The notes: generated by a model not told the origin, from the letters alone. DNA of 64,000 bases from Candidatus Moanibacter sp. (GCA_965215885.1 CBDCEW010000080.1:21820-85819), one strand, 5' to 3'. Counted from the stretch's first letter, positions 18,996 through 29,768 are shown. Translations and numbers: made by a program.

Positions 18996-20417
18996 CTACC
19001 TCGGCTTGCTTCTCGTGAAGGGCTTGCCTTCAATTCCCGAGGGAAGGCTCTGGAGGTTGGCGATGATACGCCGCAATAGCTTTTCCTTCATCATCCGCAA
19101 CGTGTCCTGATGAGAGGGATCACCCGCCAGATTTCGCGTTTCGTCGGCGTCTTCGACCAGATCGAACAGGCATACGGGGGCTCCCGAAGCCATCAGATCG
19201 TCGGGGCAATCATCAGGGATGGTGCTCCGGATACTACCGAAGAGGAGCTTATACCGGCCGTCGAAGAGCATCTTATGTGGACCCATTTCGGCAAAGCAGT
19301 CCTCCCGATGGCTCTGCTTCCGCCCTGACAATACCGGCTTTAGACTCCGACCTTGATCCAAATAGTGAGGTTCTACTCCCAAAAGATCAACCACCGTTCG
19401 GCCGACGTCGATTAATTCAGCGAGAGCGTCCGAAGTGTGGCCCACCGCGATACCGGGACCACATGCGATAAAAGGGACATGCACGCCGGGCTCGTGGAAA
19501 TCACCCTTTCCCCAATGCCCATGATCACCCGCATACTCACCGTGATCCGAAGTGTAGAGTATCACAGTATGGTCGAGCAGATCTCGCTCCTGGAGAGCTT
19601 CGATCACACTACCGATACCGCTGTCAACCTCGGTGATGCAAGCACAGTAAGCCCGCCACCACTCGGCTACTCTTCGCGTCGGGTCCGGGCCCAGCGCGAT
19701 CGGCGGAGATACCTCCGCGTAGTGAGTCCGGTATCGCTCATGGGCATCGAATTGAGGATGGGGCCCGACAAAGCCCAAGTGGAGATAGAACGGGCGATCG
19801 AGCGATACTGAACGCAGGTATTCGACCGCCTTACCAGCGATGAATCCGTCCTGTGAGTACTCCTCACTCCAGGGCCACGCCCGGGAGGGCATTACCCTGC
19901 TGTATTGCGAGAGTTCCTTTTCTATCCACTCCCGATAAGCGGCAAACAGTCCAATCTCTTCCAGAAACTCCGTAAATCGGCACCGAATGCGGTGGTGTCC
20001 CGCATTTATCTTCCCCGATGTCTCGGAGACATATTCGTATCCGAGACGGTGCAGATCCTCCTCGTGGGCGATAAAATCCGCAAAATCGTAGTTGGCATGA
20101 TTGTGGAACTTCCCAACTAGCGCTGTCGCGACGCCGCTCTCTTGCAGATTGCGGACGAAGGAGGGTACGTCCGGACCGGAAATGGGGTGGGCATTTCCAT
20201 AGCATCCCGTGTTCATGGGGTACCTTCCCGTCGTCCACGTAACGCGCTGGGGAACACAGACCGGAGTGGTGGAGTAGATCCGAGACAGTCGAGTGCCTCG
20301 TGCCGCCAGGCGGTCGAGGTTTGGCGTGTGCATGAAGCCGGCTCCGGCGCATCCGAGATAGTCCCACCTGTGGTGGTCGGATGAAATGAAGATAACATTC
20401 GGTCGGTCGTGTTTCAT
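18996..20417 (-). CDS. Sulfatase (formylglycine-dependent)
   Basis: RPNVIFISSD, CVPQR, VGKFH, TSDHGE; start set at MKHDRP. Confidence 0.9.
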   Translation of the reverse strand: MKHDRPNVIFISSDHHRWDYLGCAGAGFMHTPNLDRLAARGTRLSRIYSTTPVCVPQRVTWTTGRYPMNTGCYGNAHPISGPDVPSFVRNLQESGVATALVGKFHNHANYDFADFIAHEEDLHRLGYEYVSETSGKINAGHHRIRCRFTEFLEEIGLFAAYREWIEKELSQYSRVMPSRAWPWSEEYSQDGFIAGKAVEYLRSVSLDRPFYLHLGFVGPHPQFDAHERYRTHYAEVSPPIALGPDPTRRVAEWWRAYCACITEVDSGIGSVIEALQERDLLDHTVILYTSDHGEYAGDHGHWGKGDFHEPGVHVPFIACGPGIAVGHTSDALAELIDVGRTVVDLLGVEPHYLDQGRSLKPVLSGRKQSHREDCFAEMGPHKMLFDGRYKLLFGSIRSTIPDDCPDDLMASGAPVCLFDLVEDADETRNLAGDPSHQDTLRMMKEKLLRRIIANLQSLPSGIEGKPFTRSKPR

Positions 20418-20479
20418 AGCATTCGGCATGCCTTCGGGTCCTTGTAGTTCCCTCATCGCGGCGGGCCACACTTGCCGCC

Positions 20480-21004
20480 TCACTTTTCGCTCAAGTAAAG
20501 CCGTGCGAACAACTCCTCGCGCTTTTCCTCCGGAATGGGAAATCTCTCGAGCGCTCGCCGGTAACGTTCGGCATTACGGTCAACGGCAAAGTAGCTGCAC
20601 TCGGAAAAAAACTGAGGTCGCGGCGCAGCGAGTAGATTCCGAGGATAGTCACGGCATCGCCCGGGCCGTGAGTGGTAGGAGTCACAGAGTTTCGTGGCGG
20701 GATCATAATGGGTGCACCGAAACACCATATGTCTGTTTCTCAAGTCGATCTTCAACAATTCAAATCCATTGATCACTCGGTGCCAGGTGGTGAGCATCCA
20801 TCGATAGGACCGCAAGTAAAACAGGGGTGAGGGGCTTCTCACGACCGGAGACTCGCAACAAAGGCCGCAACTGTTGCAGCTCCCTCCGAGAATATACCGG
20901 CGCTCACCTTCCGTCCGACGGATAGCTCGCGTGACCTTGAGATCGATGGAGTACATACCCAAGGCGATGCGTTTCACGAATGTCCGTATAGGTCCGTCTT
21001 TCAT
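20480..21004 (-). CDS. YkgJ/CxxCxxCC cysteine-cluster protein
   Basis: CNSCGLCC...C...C..YHSRPGRCRDYP. Confidence 0.85.
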   Translation of the reverse strand: MKDGPIRTFVKRIALGMYSIDLKVTRAIRRTEGERRYILGGSCNSCGLCCESPVVRSPSPLFYLRSYRWMLTTWHRVINGFELLKIDLRNRHMVFRCTHYDPATKLCDSYHSRPGRCRDYPRNLLAAPRPQFFSECSYFAVDRNAERYRRALERFPIPEEKREELFARLYLSEK

Positions 21005-21093
21005 CCTAAATCTCAGGCATGATTTCTACGAAATAATGGAATTCTTCACGTCCTGTTCGCTTTGGGCAAGAGTCGATTTCCAATATCTCTGAA

Positions 21094-21275
21094 CTAGCCC
21101 GGACATTTCACACACTTCGTAGCGAGACTGCGTAGGTTGCTGCGTATCAAAGCCTTTACGCAGTCCGGCGGGCGACAGCGTGTTTTGACCCTCTGAGGTC
21201 GCCGGGCAAGGGAAGGCTTTGAGGCGCAGTGAGATCCGCAGTCGCAGCAGATGGTTTGTGAAATGTTCGGGCTAG
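21094..21275. mobile_element. 178-bp MITE with CTAG duplication, copy 1
   Basis: CTAG-CCCGGACATTTCACA...TGTGAAATGTTCGGG-CTAG; same-length homolog at 44597-44778; end fragment at 18966-18998. Confidence 0.85.
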
Positions 21276-21319
21276 CCCTCCCGCGACCGATTCTGGTTGT
21301 TTTCAACGAATGAGGTCCA

Positions 21320-21845
21320 TTGACCAAAGGCCCTAAACGGCGAATCTGGTTTCGGGCAATGCGGACGGAGTAATCCCCCGGCCTCGCGCCGGGGATTTTT
21401 AGGTTCCCGGCTACCCCAAAACTGCTCTTTACCTCTCAGATCCTCCGGGCTTGCACCGGAGAGTCTCAGGTTTTCCTGCTCCTTCGCTCCGTGTTCTCGA
21501 TAGGGTGCACTGTCGCTTGGAGTTCCTAAACAACGTATGGTCAATAAGATGTGCTTGGATGCCAGGCGCTAGCGGTGAAACCTAACGATCCCCGGGACAA
21601 GCCCGGGGGATTCGTTGATTTTCAAGCTCATTAGGTGTAGCTCGAATCCTCAACTTACCCCACGACAAGCGTGGGGGATGTATATTGTAACCACGAGCGG
21701 AAACCCTTGAAGCGGCCCCATCCCGATTGATCGCTTGGGGAAACTTAGGGGCACGCTGGGCCCGAGAGTCGAGTCCAAGGAGGTTTCACAATTCATTCAA
21801 CTAACTGAATATAAGTATATTACGAAACTTGAGGTGACTCCAATG
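21320..21845. mobile_element. Diverged, left-truncated copy of the 573-bp REP-bearing MITE
   Basis: Same ordered blocks as 3044-3616; right end ...CCAATG followed by CGCTGAGCA. Confidence 0.7.
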
Positions 21846-21885
21846 CGCTGAGCAGGACGAGCTCTGCCGTACGGCAGAGCGCTAT

Positions 21886-23226
21886 TCAGGTTCCCAGCTC
21901 CTCCTGCAATTCGGTGATTCCCTCATCCAAAATGCCGACGATTTCATCAATCTGCTCCCGAGTGATGATGAAGGGCGGCGCAAGGCGAATGTCATCGCCA
22001 CTTTTCCATTCCTTTGAAGAGCCAACGATAATACATGAGAGACCCTTTTCCATAAAGATTCGTTGAAGACGCTTATGCACTTCCGCTGATGCGGGGAGGG
22101 GCTCTTTTGTTACCCGGTCTTTGACCAACTCTAAACCAAACAGCAGACCCTTACCTCGCATCTCCCCAACGATCGGATGCTTCTTCAACTCTTCAGCACG
22201 CACAAACAGATAGTCGCCGGTTTCTGACACGTGCTCGATCAGGTTTTCTTCTTCCATGATATCCAGCACTTCAAGTCCGGCGCGAGCGGCAACGGGATTG
22301 TTGACGTAAGTAAAAATGTGGGGAAAGGCTTCCCCGGTTTCGGTCAGCGCATCGCGTATCTTTTCTCTGAATAGCACACCGCCGAGCGGACAGTAACCAC
22401 TGCTGGCGCCTTTCCCGAAGACAATCATGTCCGGCAGGACATCCCAGTGCTCGATAGCGAAAAACCTGCCGGTTCTTCCAAATCCGCTGATGACTTCATC
22501 GACGATGAAGAGGACGTCGTGCTTGTCACATATTTCGCGGATGCGCGGGTAATAGTCGGGTGGTGGCGTGGATGCGGCTACCCCGGCCATACCCACCGGC
22601 TCCGCAATGAACGCCGCTACGTTTTCCGGACCGGTTTCGAGGATGGTTCTCTCCAGGTCATCGGCGCAGGCCAGATTGCATTTGCCTTCGCAGCCTTGAA
22701 ACGTACATCGATAGGGATAGCAGGTGGCGATATGCGGAAAGGGCAGCAGCCACGAATCGAAGTTCCGCCGCAACCAGGGCATACCCGTGAGGGACAGGGC
22801 GCCGAGGGTGGCGCCGTGATAGCTCCGCCAGCGGGCGATAACCTGCCGCTTATTTGGATTTCCGCGCTGCTGATGATACTGCCGGACCATCTTGAGGGCG
22901 CTCTCATTTCCTTCCGAGCCGCCCGAAACAAAGTAAACATGATTCAGGTCGCCCGGTGCAATCGAAGCGATTCGGTCGGCCAGCTCAAGCGCCGGTTGAT
23001 TCGCGAATTGCGTCGAAAAGACGTAAGCGAGCGTTTCGGCCTGCTTTGCCATCGCTTCGGCGATGCGCCGGCTGCCGTGCCCCAGGATGACGTTCGTCGC
23101 TCCCGCGCTGCCATCGATGTAGCGCTTGCCCGCCTCATCATAAAGATAGATACCCTCACCCCGGACGATGACCGGATAATGGTAGGTCGGATCGCGATGC
23201 AGAAGTGCTGATTTTGCTTTCGACAT
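21886..23226 (-). CDS. Class III PLP-dependent aminotransferase
   Basis: RGEGIYLYD, SGGSEGNE, SYHG, FIVDEVISGFGRTG, FGKG. Confidence 0.92.
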   Translation of the reverse strand: MSKAKSALLHRDPTYHYPVIVRGEGIYLYDEAGKRYIDGSAGATNVILGHGSRRIAEAMAKQAETLAYVFSTQFANQPALELADRIASIAPGDLNHVYFVSGGSEGNESALKMVRQYHQQRGNPNKRQVIARWRSYHGATLGALSLTGMPWLRRNFDSWLLPFPHIATCYPYRCTFQGCEGKCNLACADDLERTILETGPENVAAFIAEPVGMAGVAASTPPPDYYPRIREICDKHDVLFIVDEVISGFGRTGRFFAIEHWDVLPDMIVFGKGASSGYCPLGGVLFREKIRDALTETGEAFPHIFTYVNNPVAARAGLEVLDIMEEENLIEHVSETGDYLFVRAEELKKHPIVGEMRGKGLLFGLELVKDRVTKEPLPASAEVHKRLQRIFMEKGLSCIIVGSSKEWKSGDDIRLAPPFIITREQIDEIVGILDEGITELQEELGT

Positions 23227-23592
23227 ATTTGATTCACACAAGCGTGATTACTCAGTACTCAGGTTCACGGTTCAACGATTCTTTGGTTTGTTCTTTTTGC
23301 GTTCCTCATATTTCTTCAGATATTTGATCTTCAAACCTTTCAATCTTCATTGTTCCCTAATGCGGCCTTCGGCCGCAACCAAATTGGAAGGCTGAAAAGA
23401 CAGAAGAGGGGTCACAGAGGGCCACAGAGAACCACAGAGGCACACAGAGGTGACTTGGGTGGAAAATTTCAGGGTGAATTTACGATCTTGCTTTGCTTCG
23501 GGAAGGTCGCCCAAGCCTTGGCGACACCCACTTCGCACTGACCGCTGCATCGATAACAATGGAGTAGAAGAATCTGAAGATTCCTGACGGGT

Positions 23593-23782
23593 TAGAAAAT
23601 TGGGAGGAGTCGACTTCGCCTTGCGCGGAGCGCGGTGCAAACGGTCAGGGAAGCATTTACGAGAGCGCAAACTGACTTTGAGCCAAGAGAAAACGCTCTC
23701 GTAAATGTTTCCCTGACCGTTTTGCACTCTGCCGTAGGGCAGAGCGGCAGAGCAGGCGAAGTCGACTCCTCCCAATTTTCTA
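23593..23782. repeat. Cruciform palindromic element, sequence-divergent relative of 7232-7409
   Basis: 29-bp perfect outer arms, 29-bp inner arms 23639-23667/23694-23722, side hairpin CTCTGCCGTAGGGCAGAG. Confidence 0.78.
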
Positions 23783-24204
23783 CCTTTCCAGGTAACATTC
23801 TCCGTGGTCCTCTGTGGTTCTCTGTATTACAATCCGGCCGAACCTTGTTTTTCTAGCAAGTTTTTGCGTCGAAGAGGTTGGTATTCAAAAAACTGCAGTC
23901 GAAAAGGTTTGGGATCCCGCTAAGCGCATACGCGTAAACCTTATTTTCGCAACTTAGTCAGATTCAAAGACTTGCGAGGTATTTTGCGGCGGAGTATGAG
24001 GGTGTCTCTATCCTCGAGGTTCCACTCCATTTGTTCGCCCTTTTCTATTTGCTTCGTTTCGACCACAGCGGTGAGGAAATTCGCAGTTGAGCGAGTGCAT
24101 TTTGGCCGGGTTATCTTCTCTACTTTTACCGTCTACCCCATTTTTTTTCACTTTGGCAGCATTTTATACTGTACATTCGTTCATATATAGGATTTATCCT
24201 TCGG

Positions 24205-25532
24205 ATGCAAAGTATAAAAAAAGCTGATTGTATCCGTCAAACCTTCCGTAAGTTGAACCTCACAGCCCTCGCTAAACAGAGTGGTTTTAGAGAGAGGAAA
24301 TCGCGCAAGATCTCCCCTCTGAACTTTGTTTTGGCTTTGCTGGCGATGGCTTCTAAGGGGGCCTTGTCCCTTGGCAAAGAAGCCGAGCTTATTGGATTCT
24401 TAGCCAACCGCACCATTTCCAGACAAGCGGTCCAAAAGTGCGCCAAAAAAGCCACCGCTTTTATGACCTTAGTGCTCCTGAGGCTTTTAGAACTTAAAGC
24501 TTATGGGCCTGTGGGCAGAGCTGTTCCAAATTGCATGAGGAGCTTTGAACGGGTTCTCATTGCCGACAGCACTTCGATTGGCTTGCCTAAGGTCCTGGCC
24601 CCCTTCTTCCCCGGAGCGTCCAATCAGACAGGCTCCAAACAGGCTCAACTGAAGATTCAGGCCTATTACGATCTGCGCAATGAATCCTTCGTTGACTTCA
24701 GCCTCAGTAGCTTCCGAAAAAACGATCAGGCTGCTTCCAAAGACATTCTCGCTCTCGCTCAACCCAACGACTTGATCCTGCGCGACTTAGGCTATTTTGT
24801 CCTCGATGTCTTTAAGCAACTCGATCAGCGCGGCTGCTTCTTTGTGAGTCGTTTGAAAACCGGCACTTGCCTTTTAGCCAACGAAGGCGATGAAGAGCTC
24901 GATCTACGCAAACTCCAAACAGGCTTTACGTGGCCAAAAGCTTCTCGATATGCCCGTTCGGGTGGGTAAAAAAGCCAAGCTTCCGGTTCGTCTGATCGCC
25001 GTCAAACTCCCTCAGAAGGTGGCCCATAAACGCCGCCGCGAGCATAGACAAAACCGCGACAATAGACTTCGATATACCAGCCGCACCAGCTTCCTTCTCG
25101 GTTTCCAAATCTTTATTACCAACCTCCATCAGAAAGACTTTAGCCCTAAGCAGATTCTGAGCTTTTACGGGCTTCGCTGGCGCATCGAAATTTTCTTTAA
25201 GGCCTTTAAGCAACATCTTAATCTCGGTCAGGTCAAAGAGACTACTCCCTACCAGGTTGAGCTTCTTATCTACGCCCGTCTCATCCTCATTACCCACTTA
25301 CTCAACTTCGTCTATGGTCCCCTTAGACACTATTCGAATACCAGTTTGTCCTCTCCTCTGAGTATCCTTAAATTCTCCTACTGGTTTGGCTTCTTTGCTC
25401 CCTACTTCTTCATCCTCTCTCACCTTCCCAAAGATCAGATCATCCCCCGATGGCTCAAACAAATCCCCAAACACTGCACCTATGAAAAGCGTTCTCGTCT
25501 TGATTTCCTCTCTTGTTTCTTCTCCTTAGGTT
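24205..25532 (+). pseudogene. IS4-family transposase, frameshifted by a 10-bp insertion at 24915-24924
   Basis: ADST, LRDLGYF, YGLRWRIEIFFKAFKQ; compared with the intact 49504-50823. Confidence 0.88.
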
Positions 25533-27906
25533 CAGAACTCGCTATCATGCGGGTTGGCGGGCAGGGGGCAATCGCAGATACAATTCCCGGCTTTTAAGAG
25601 CTAAAGAAAACGGTAGGCTTCATCTTCGAACCATCAAATTCGAAGAAAAATGGAGAAACCTACCGTCAAAGAAGAGACCTTCTTACAGTGCATCCTTGGA
25701 GTGGACAAGGGTAATCCCTCGATCACGGTCTATCGGGATCTGAGGGAAGGCAAACTGCACGTCTATTACGGGCATGAGCTTTTTGAAGTCGTAGAGGACG
25801 ATCGGGAGCAAGTTGAATTCAAGCTATTGGAGGGGCGCCTCTACAATGCGGGGTTGAAGAAAGGGCGCTTAGAGAAGCAATTTGAGGTTGACCCCAAAAC
25901 GATGAAGCGGTGGGGGGAGGCGCTTCAAAGCGGAGATGCCGAGACCTTAGCGCGAGTGCTGGCGGGACGCAGCGCTCATCGCAAATTGACGAGGGAAATC
26001 CGGAGTTTTGTGCGGGTGCGCTTCGGGCAGATCTATGGGGAGAGTCGGTATGGCTACAGCAAGAAGATACGGGGGGAGATCGAGGAGGTGTTCGGAGTTA
26101 ACCTCAGTGGGGAAACTTTGCGCCCTGTCTTTAAGGAGCTTAAAGAGGCCCGGGCAAAGGAGGCCGAAGCCGAGAGGGCGCAAAATCGGGAGACTCCCTG
26201 GGATTGCCCGGAGGACTCGGGGAGGGACGAACAGGAGCAAGAAGCAGAAAATAGCCCCGAAAGCGAAGGGGACAATCGCAAGGGGTCTCCCGATTTTTCG
26301 AGGGAGAGCTCCGAAGCGGTGCAATGGTATCGGCACCTGGGAGTACTTCTGTTCAGTGCCGCGCTCAGAGAAGTCGCTCAGATTGATCGCGAAGAGGGCT
26401 GGCTTTTGAAACAATGGGTGGCTTGCGGGTTGTTGGCCGCGGTCAATATCGAGCAGAGCAAACTGCTCGATCTCGAAGACCTGCAAAAACTCATCGGGCG
26501 AGTCCTGTATACCCCCTATCTGCAACGCCAAAGCCTTAGCGCCCTGGCCGATGAAGGGCTTTTAAGAGAGATCCTCAGAGTGAACGCGAGGGGCCTGAAT
26601 GCTTCGGATGAAGAGAGCTTTTATTATGATCCGCACACCAAACATTACACCGGAATGAGCAAGGTGCTGGCGGGATGGTGTCCGGGTATCCGTCTGGCCG
26701 ACAAAGCGCTCCACAGCGATTTTATTCATACCCTCAAGGGCTATCCGGTCTATTTTGCGAGCACCGACAACTATGAGGATATAAGGGAACGGTTTATCCC
26801 CAACTGCGAAGCGATGCTCGAGCTGGTGCAGCTGCCGGCTGATAAAAAGGTGAGTATTTACGTGGACCGGGCGATCGCCGCGGAGTGGTTTTACGAAGCC
26901 ATCGTGGAGCACCCTCAACTCGAAATCATTACCTGGGAAAAAGGTTACAAGGCCAGCGCCCAGCCCCTCCAACGGATCGACGGGCAGTTGCGCCTGCAGC
27001 GCGCGCGCAACCATGCCGAAGATCTCCAGGAGTATCATCTTCGCTATCAGCGGGGCCCCTGGAAGAAAAATCCTCAACTGGTGCAGTGGATCGTGGAGGC
27101 GACCAATCCAAAAAATCGAACCATTACCGTGAGCATCCTGGCGACCGATCAGCAGGCCCGAAATGAAGAGGTAATCAAAGGGATGTTCAGTCGCTGGATT
27201 CAGGAGAATGACTTCAAATACCTCGATAAGCACTTTGGGATTAATCAGATCACCTCTTATCGCACCGTCCACTACAAGCGATTAGCCCAACACCTTGAGG
27301 ACAAGCAGGAGAAAAGCGGTGCCGCCAAAGCCCTCCTGAAGCAAAAACAGCAATGCACCGAAGAATTGAAAAGACTGCTCCTGGCCGAGCATGCCCACCC
27401 GGGCAAAAGCGCCTCAAGGGGCGAAAAGATCCGTCGACTCGATCAGGCCCTCAAAGCCCTCCAACTCGAACTGGAGCAAATCGACACCGAATGCTCGAGG
27501 CTGCAGCGCCTCATTGATGAAAACTATGTCCGCCTGGACACCGCTAACAAGTCCCTCATGGATGCCTTGAAAATCTTCGCCCGTAACAGCTTCTACAAGC
27601 AGCTCGAACCCTTTAAAGCTCGCTACAACAACTATCGTGACGACCACGATCTGTTTCGCAATTTGACTCACAGTGACGGCGTTCTTATAGAGAGGGGCTG
27701 TGCGGTCGAAGCGCATTTATTCCCCACCGCAACTTATCCCCCTCGGGTGCAGGCGGTGGTGCTTGAGTATCTGCAAACTCTCAATCAGAAGCCCTTACTG
27801 ATGCCCGACGGTTCAGGCCGAAGAATCATCTTCCGACTGGGCAAAAAATCGGGATTTAAACTTGCGATTGCATAGTGCCTTTAGAGGGGCAATATAGTGA
27901 GGTCTG
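25533..27906 (+). mobile_element. Unclassified IS-like element of about 2.37 kb, inserted in the IS4 right end
   Basis: TIRs CAGAACTCGCTAT / CAGACCTCACTAT (rc); AGGTT duplicated at 25528-25532 and 27907-27911; empty site visible at 50817-50821. Confidence 0.85.
25650..27875 (+). CDS. Putative DDE transposase, 741 aa, with N-terminal HTH and coiled-coil insertion
   Basis: HTH-like LEKQFEVDPKTMKRW; YYDPH, YVDRA and RWIQENDFK as candidate D, D, E; fills the TIR-bounded element. Confidence 0.75.
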   Translation: MEKPTVKEETFLQCILGVDKGNPSITVYRDLREGKLHVYYGHELFEVVEDDREQVEFKLLEGRLYNAGLKKGRLEKQFEVDPKTMKRWGEALQSGDAETLARVLAGRSAHRKLTREIRSFVRVRFGQIYGESRYGYSKKIRGEIEEVFGVNLSGETLRPVFKELKEARAKEAEAERAQNRETPWDCPEDSGRDEQEQEAENSPESEGDNRKGSPDFSRESSEAVQWYRHLGVLLFSAALREVAQIDREEGWLLKQWVACGLLAAVNIEQSKLLDLEDLQKLIGRVLYTPYLQRQSLSALADEGLLREILRVNARGLNASDEESFYYDPHTKHYTGMSKVLAGWCPGIRLADKALHSDFIHTLKGYPVYFASTDNYEDIRERFIPNCEAMLELVQLPADKKVSIYVDRAIAAEWFYEAIVEHPQLEIITWEKGYKASAQPLQRIDGQLRLQRARNHAEDLQEYHLRYQRGPWKKNPQLVQWIVEATNPKNRTITVSILATDQQARNEEVIKGMFSRWIQENDFKYLDKHFGINQITSYRTVHYKRLAQHLEDKQEKSGAAKALLKQKQQCTEELKRLLLAEHAHPGKSASRGEKIRRLDQALKALQLELEQIDTECSRLQRLIDENYVRLDTANKSLMDALKIFARNSFYKQLEPFKARYNNYRDDHDLFRNLTHSDGVLIERGCAVEAHLFPTATYPPRVQAVVLEYLQTLNQKPLLMPDGSGRRIIFRLGKKSGFKLAIA

Positions 27907-27960
27907 AGGTTAACGCAAATGCGCTGAGGCGGGATCGGTAGTGAGAAGAGCGGGCTGCTG

Positions 27961-28344
27961 ATGGGCTGCGAAACAAAGCGGCTCTGGCGCCTGCTTTCGG
28001 AATACGAAAAGCTAATCGCGGAAGAGAAGCTCGCCTGGCGAAAGAAGGACCTTCAATACGCGGAGGATCTCCTCGAGCAGAAAGAGGCTCTTATAAAGCC
28101 CTTGGGGGATGTGGCCCGGGCGTTGGAGATTAGTGGACGCTCATCGCCGGAAATCCGCATTCGTCTGCGAGGATTGCAGGAGGAGCAACGAGAGAATCTC
28201 AGCCTCATCAACCTGCAAGTTGAGACGACAAAGAACGAACTGAAGTCGATCGAAAGTGGAAGAGTGAGGATTCAACAGTTCAAAAATACCTACGTCGCCG
28301 CGGGTCGGTCCGACGAACCTCCCCTCTCCCGATTCAAAGCATGA
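27961..28344 (+). CDS. FlgN-like flagellar export chaperone (tentative)
   Basis: Helical 127-aa protein with the pattern LL..E..A...DL....LL.QKE.L...ENL.L; flagellar genes elsewhere in the window. Confidence 0.5.
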   Translation: MGCETKRLWRLLSEYEKLIAEEKLAWRKKDLQYAEDLLEQKEALIKPLGDVARALEISGRSSPEIRIRLRGLQEEQRENLSLINLQVETTKNELKSIESGRVRIQQFKNTYVAAGRSDEPPLSRFKA

Positions 28345-28488
28345 AACGCAGCGGTTCCTGTTGCCTGCGAAATCCACACCTATTGCGGATTTGCTTGTGC
28401 CTGCGCTACCTCGGTGCTTAAGCCCGATGGACTGCCTGCAGCCGGCCACCGGCCGCGAGGCATCTCTGGAATTGGTTAGAAAAGCAGG

Positions 28489-28761
28489 TTAATAATTATC
28501 TCTCCGTGGCGGACGCTCATCTCTCGGTCGCGCTTGATTGACCTTGATGCTTCTTCCGCTCACTGAACTACCATCCAGGGACTTGATCGCTTCTTCCGCT
28601 TGTGCTTGGTCTGGCATCTCAACAAAGCCAAACCCTTTTGAACGGCCGGTGTATCGATCCGTAATTATGGATACGGTTGATACTTCACCATATTCGGTGA
28701 AGATATCTTTCATTCCGTCCTCTGTCGTATCATAGGGCAAGTTGCCAACATATATATTCAT
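28489..28761 (-). CDS. RRM (RNP) RNA-binding protein
   Basis: RNP2 IYVGNL and RNP1 KGFGFVEM. Confidence 0.95.
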   Translation of the reverse strand: MNIYVGNLPYDTTEDGMKDIFTEYGEVSTVSIITDRYTGRSKGFGFVEMPDQAQAEEAIKSLDGSSVSGRSIKVNQARPRDERPPRRDNY

Positions 28762-28973
28762 CTTATTTTTTCTCTAATCTGTACTTTTGTCTGAGATAGC
28801 ATGGTATCGACCAGTTCAAAGCGTAATCAACCCTAAATTTTTGAGCGTATTTCCACAACTGATGCTTCCATTAAATAAAGAGGCTAGATACAAATTCCGG
28901 TATTGTAAAATATGTTTTATACAATCTACCGTGATCGGGACATCAGCTCGCCTTTCGAACTCTGTCGCTGTAA

Positions 28974-29768
28974 TTAACTGCTTGCCACCGCTCTTTCCAG
29001 AGAAAGCGACTTGAGTTTTTCAACCCATTCGAATGTTCCCGATTTCCCATCGCATGCGGCCATCCTAACGACCTCACCGACAACCACGGTGGCGGGAGGC
29101 TGCAAGCCTTCAACTCGTTTCCGGATATTGCCGAGGCAACCCAGGAAAACTTTTTGCTCGCTCGTAGTGGCATTCTCCACGACTGCAACGGGAGTCTCCG
29201 GTGACCGCCCGTATTGCAGGAGCTTCTCGACAATCACATGCACCCGGCGTGCACCCATTAGAAAGACAGCCGTTGGAATCCTCACAGCAAGCTCCCAATC
29301 GACTCCCGCACCACTTCCATCAAAGGCCGCGTGGGCAGAAAAGACGGCAAAAGACGAGGCTGAACCACGCAGTGTAAGGGGAATACCGGCGCTGGCCGGG
29401 GCTGCATAAGATGCGCTCACACCTGGAATGACCTCATATTCGATCCGTGCCTTCCGAAGTGCGAGCACCTCTTCGCCGCCGCGACCGAAGACAAAGGGGT
29501 CGCCGCCCTTCAAACGAACCACTAGCAGTCCTCGACGCGCATAGGCAACCATCATCCGTTCGATTCGACGCTGCTCATCGAAAGGCGTGGAATTGCTCCG
29601 TTTTCCGACATAGACTCGAAACGCGGATAGGGCATGATCGAGCAATTCAGTATTTACGAGCCGGTCATATAACACGACGTCTGCCCCGCGCAGCGTTTGA
29701 ACGGCTTTCAAAGTGATAAGGGCGGGATCACCGGGACCTGCCCCCACAATATATACTTTTCCGATCAT
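28974..29768 (-). CDS. cobA: Uroporphyrinogen-III C-methyltransferase
   Basis: VYIVGAGPGDP, RLKGGDPFVFGRGGEE. Confidence 0.93.
   Translation of the reverse strand: MIGKVYIVGAGPGDPALITLKAVQTLRGADVVLYDRLVNTELLDHALSAFRVYVGKRSNSTPFDEQRRIERMMVAYARRGLLVVRLKGGDPFVFGRGGEEVLALRKARIEYEVIPGVSASYAAPASAGIPLTLRGSASSFAVFSAHAAFDGSGAGVDWELAVRIPTAVFLMGARRVHVIVEKLLQYGRSPETPVAVVENATTSEQKVFLGCLGNIRKRVEGLQPPATVVVGEVVRMAACDGKSGTFEWVEKLKSLSLERAVASS

Larger units (their letters stand above)
23927..27921 (+). mobile_element. IS4-family element copy 1 (frameshifted; carries a nested element in its right end)
   Basis: Ends CATACGCGTAAACC / GGTTAACGCAAATG; nearly identical to 49226-50831. Confidence 0.9.

Noticed and set aside
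18966..21275. Composite transposon carrying sulfatase and ykgJ between two MITE ends
   Set aside because: The left copy is only a fragment, the MITE bodies point outward, and there is no shared outer duplication
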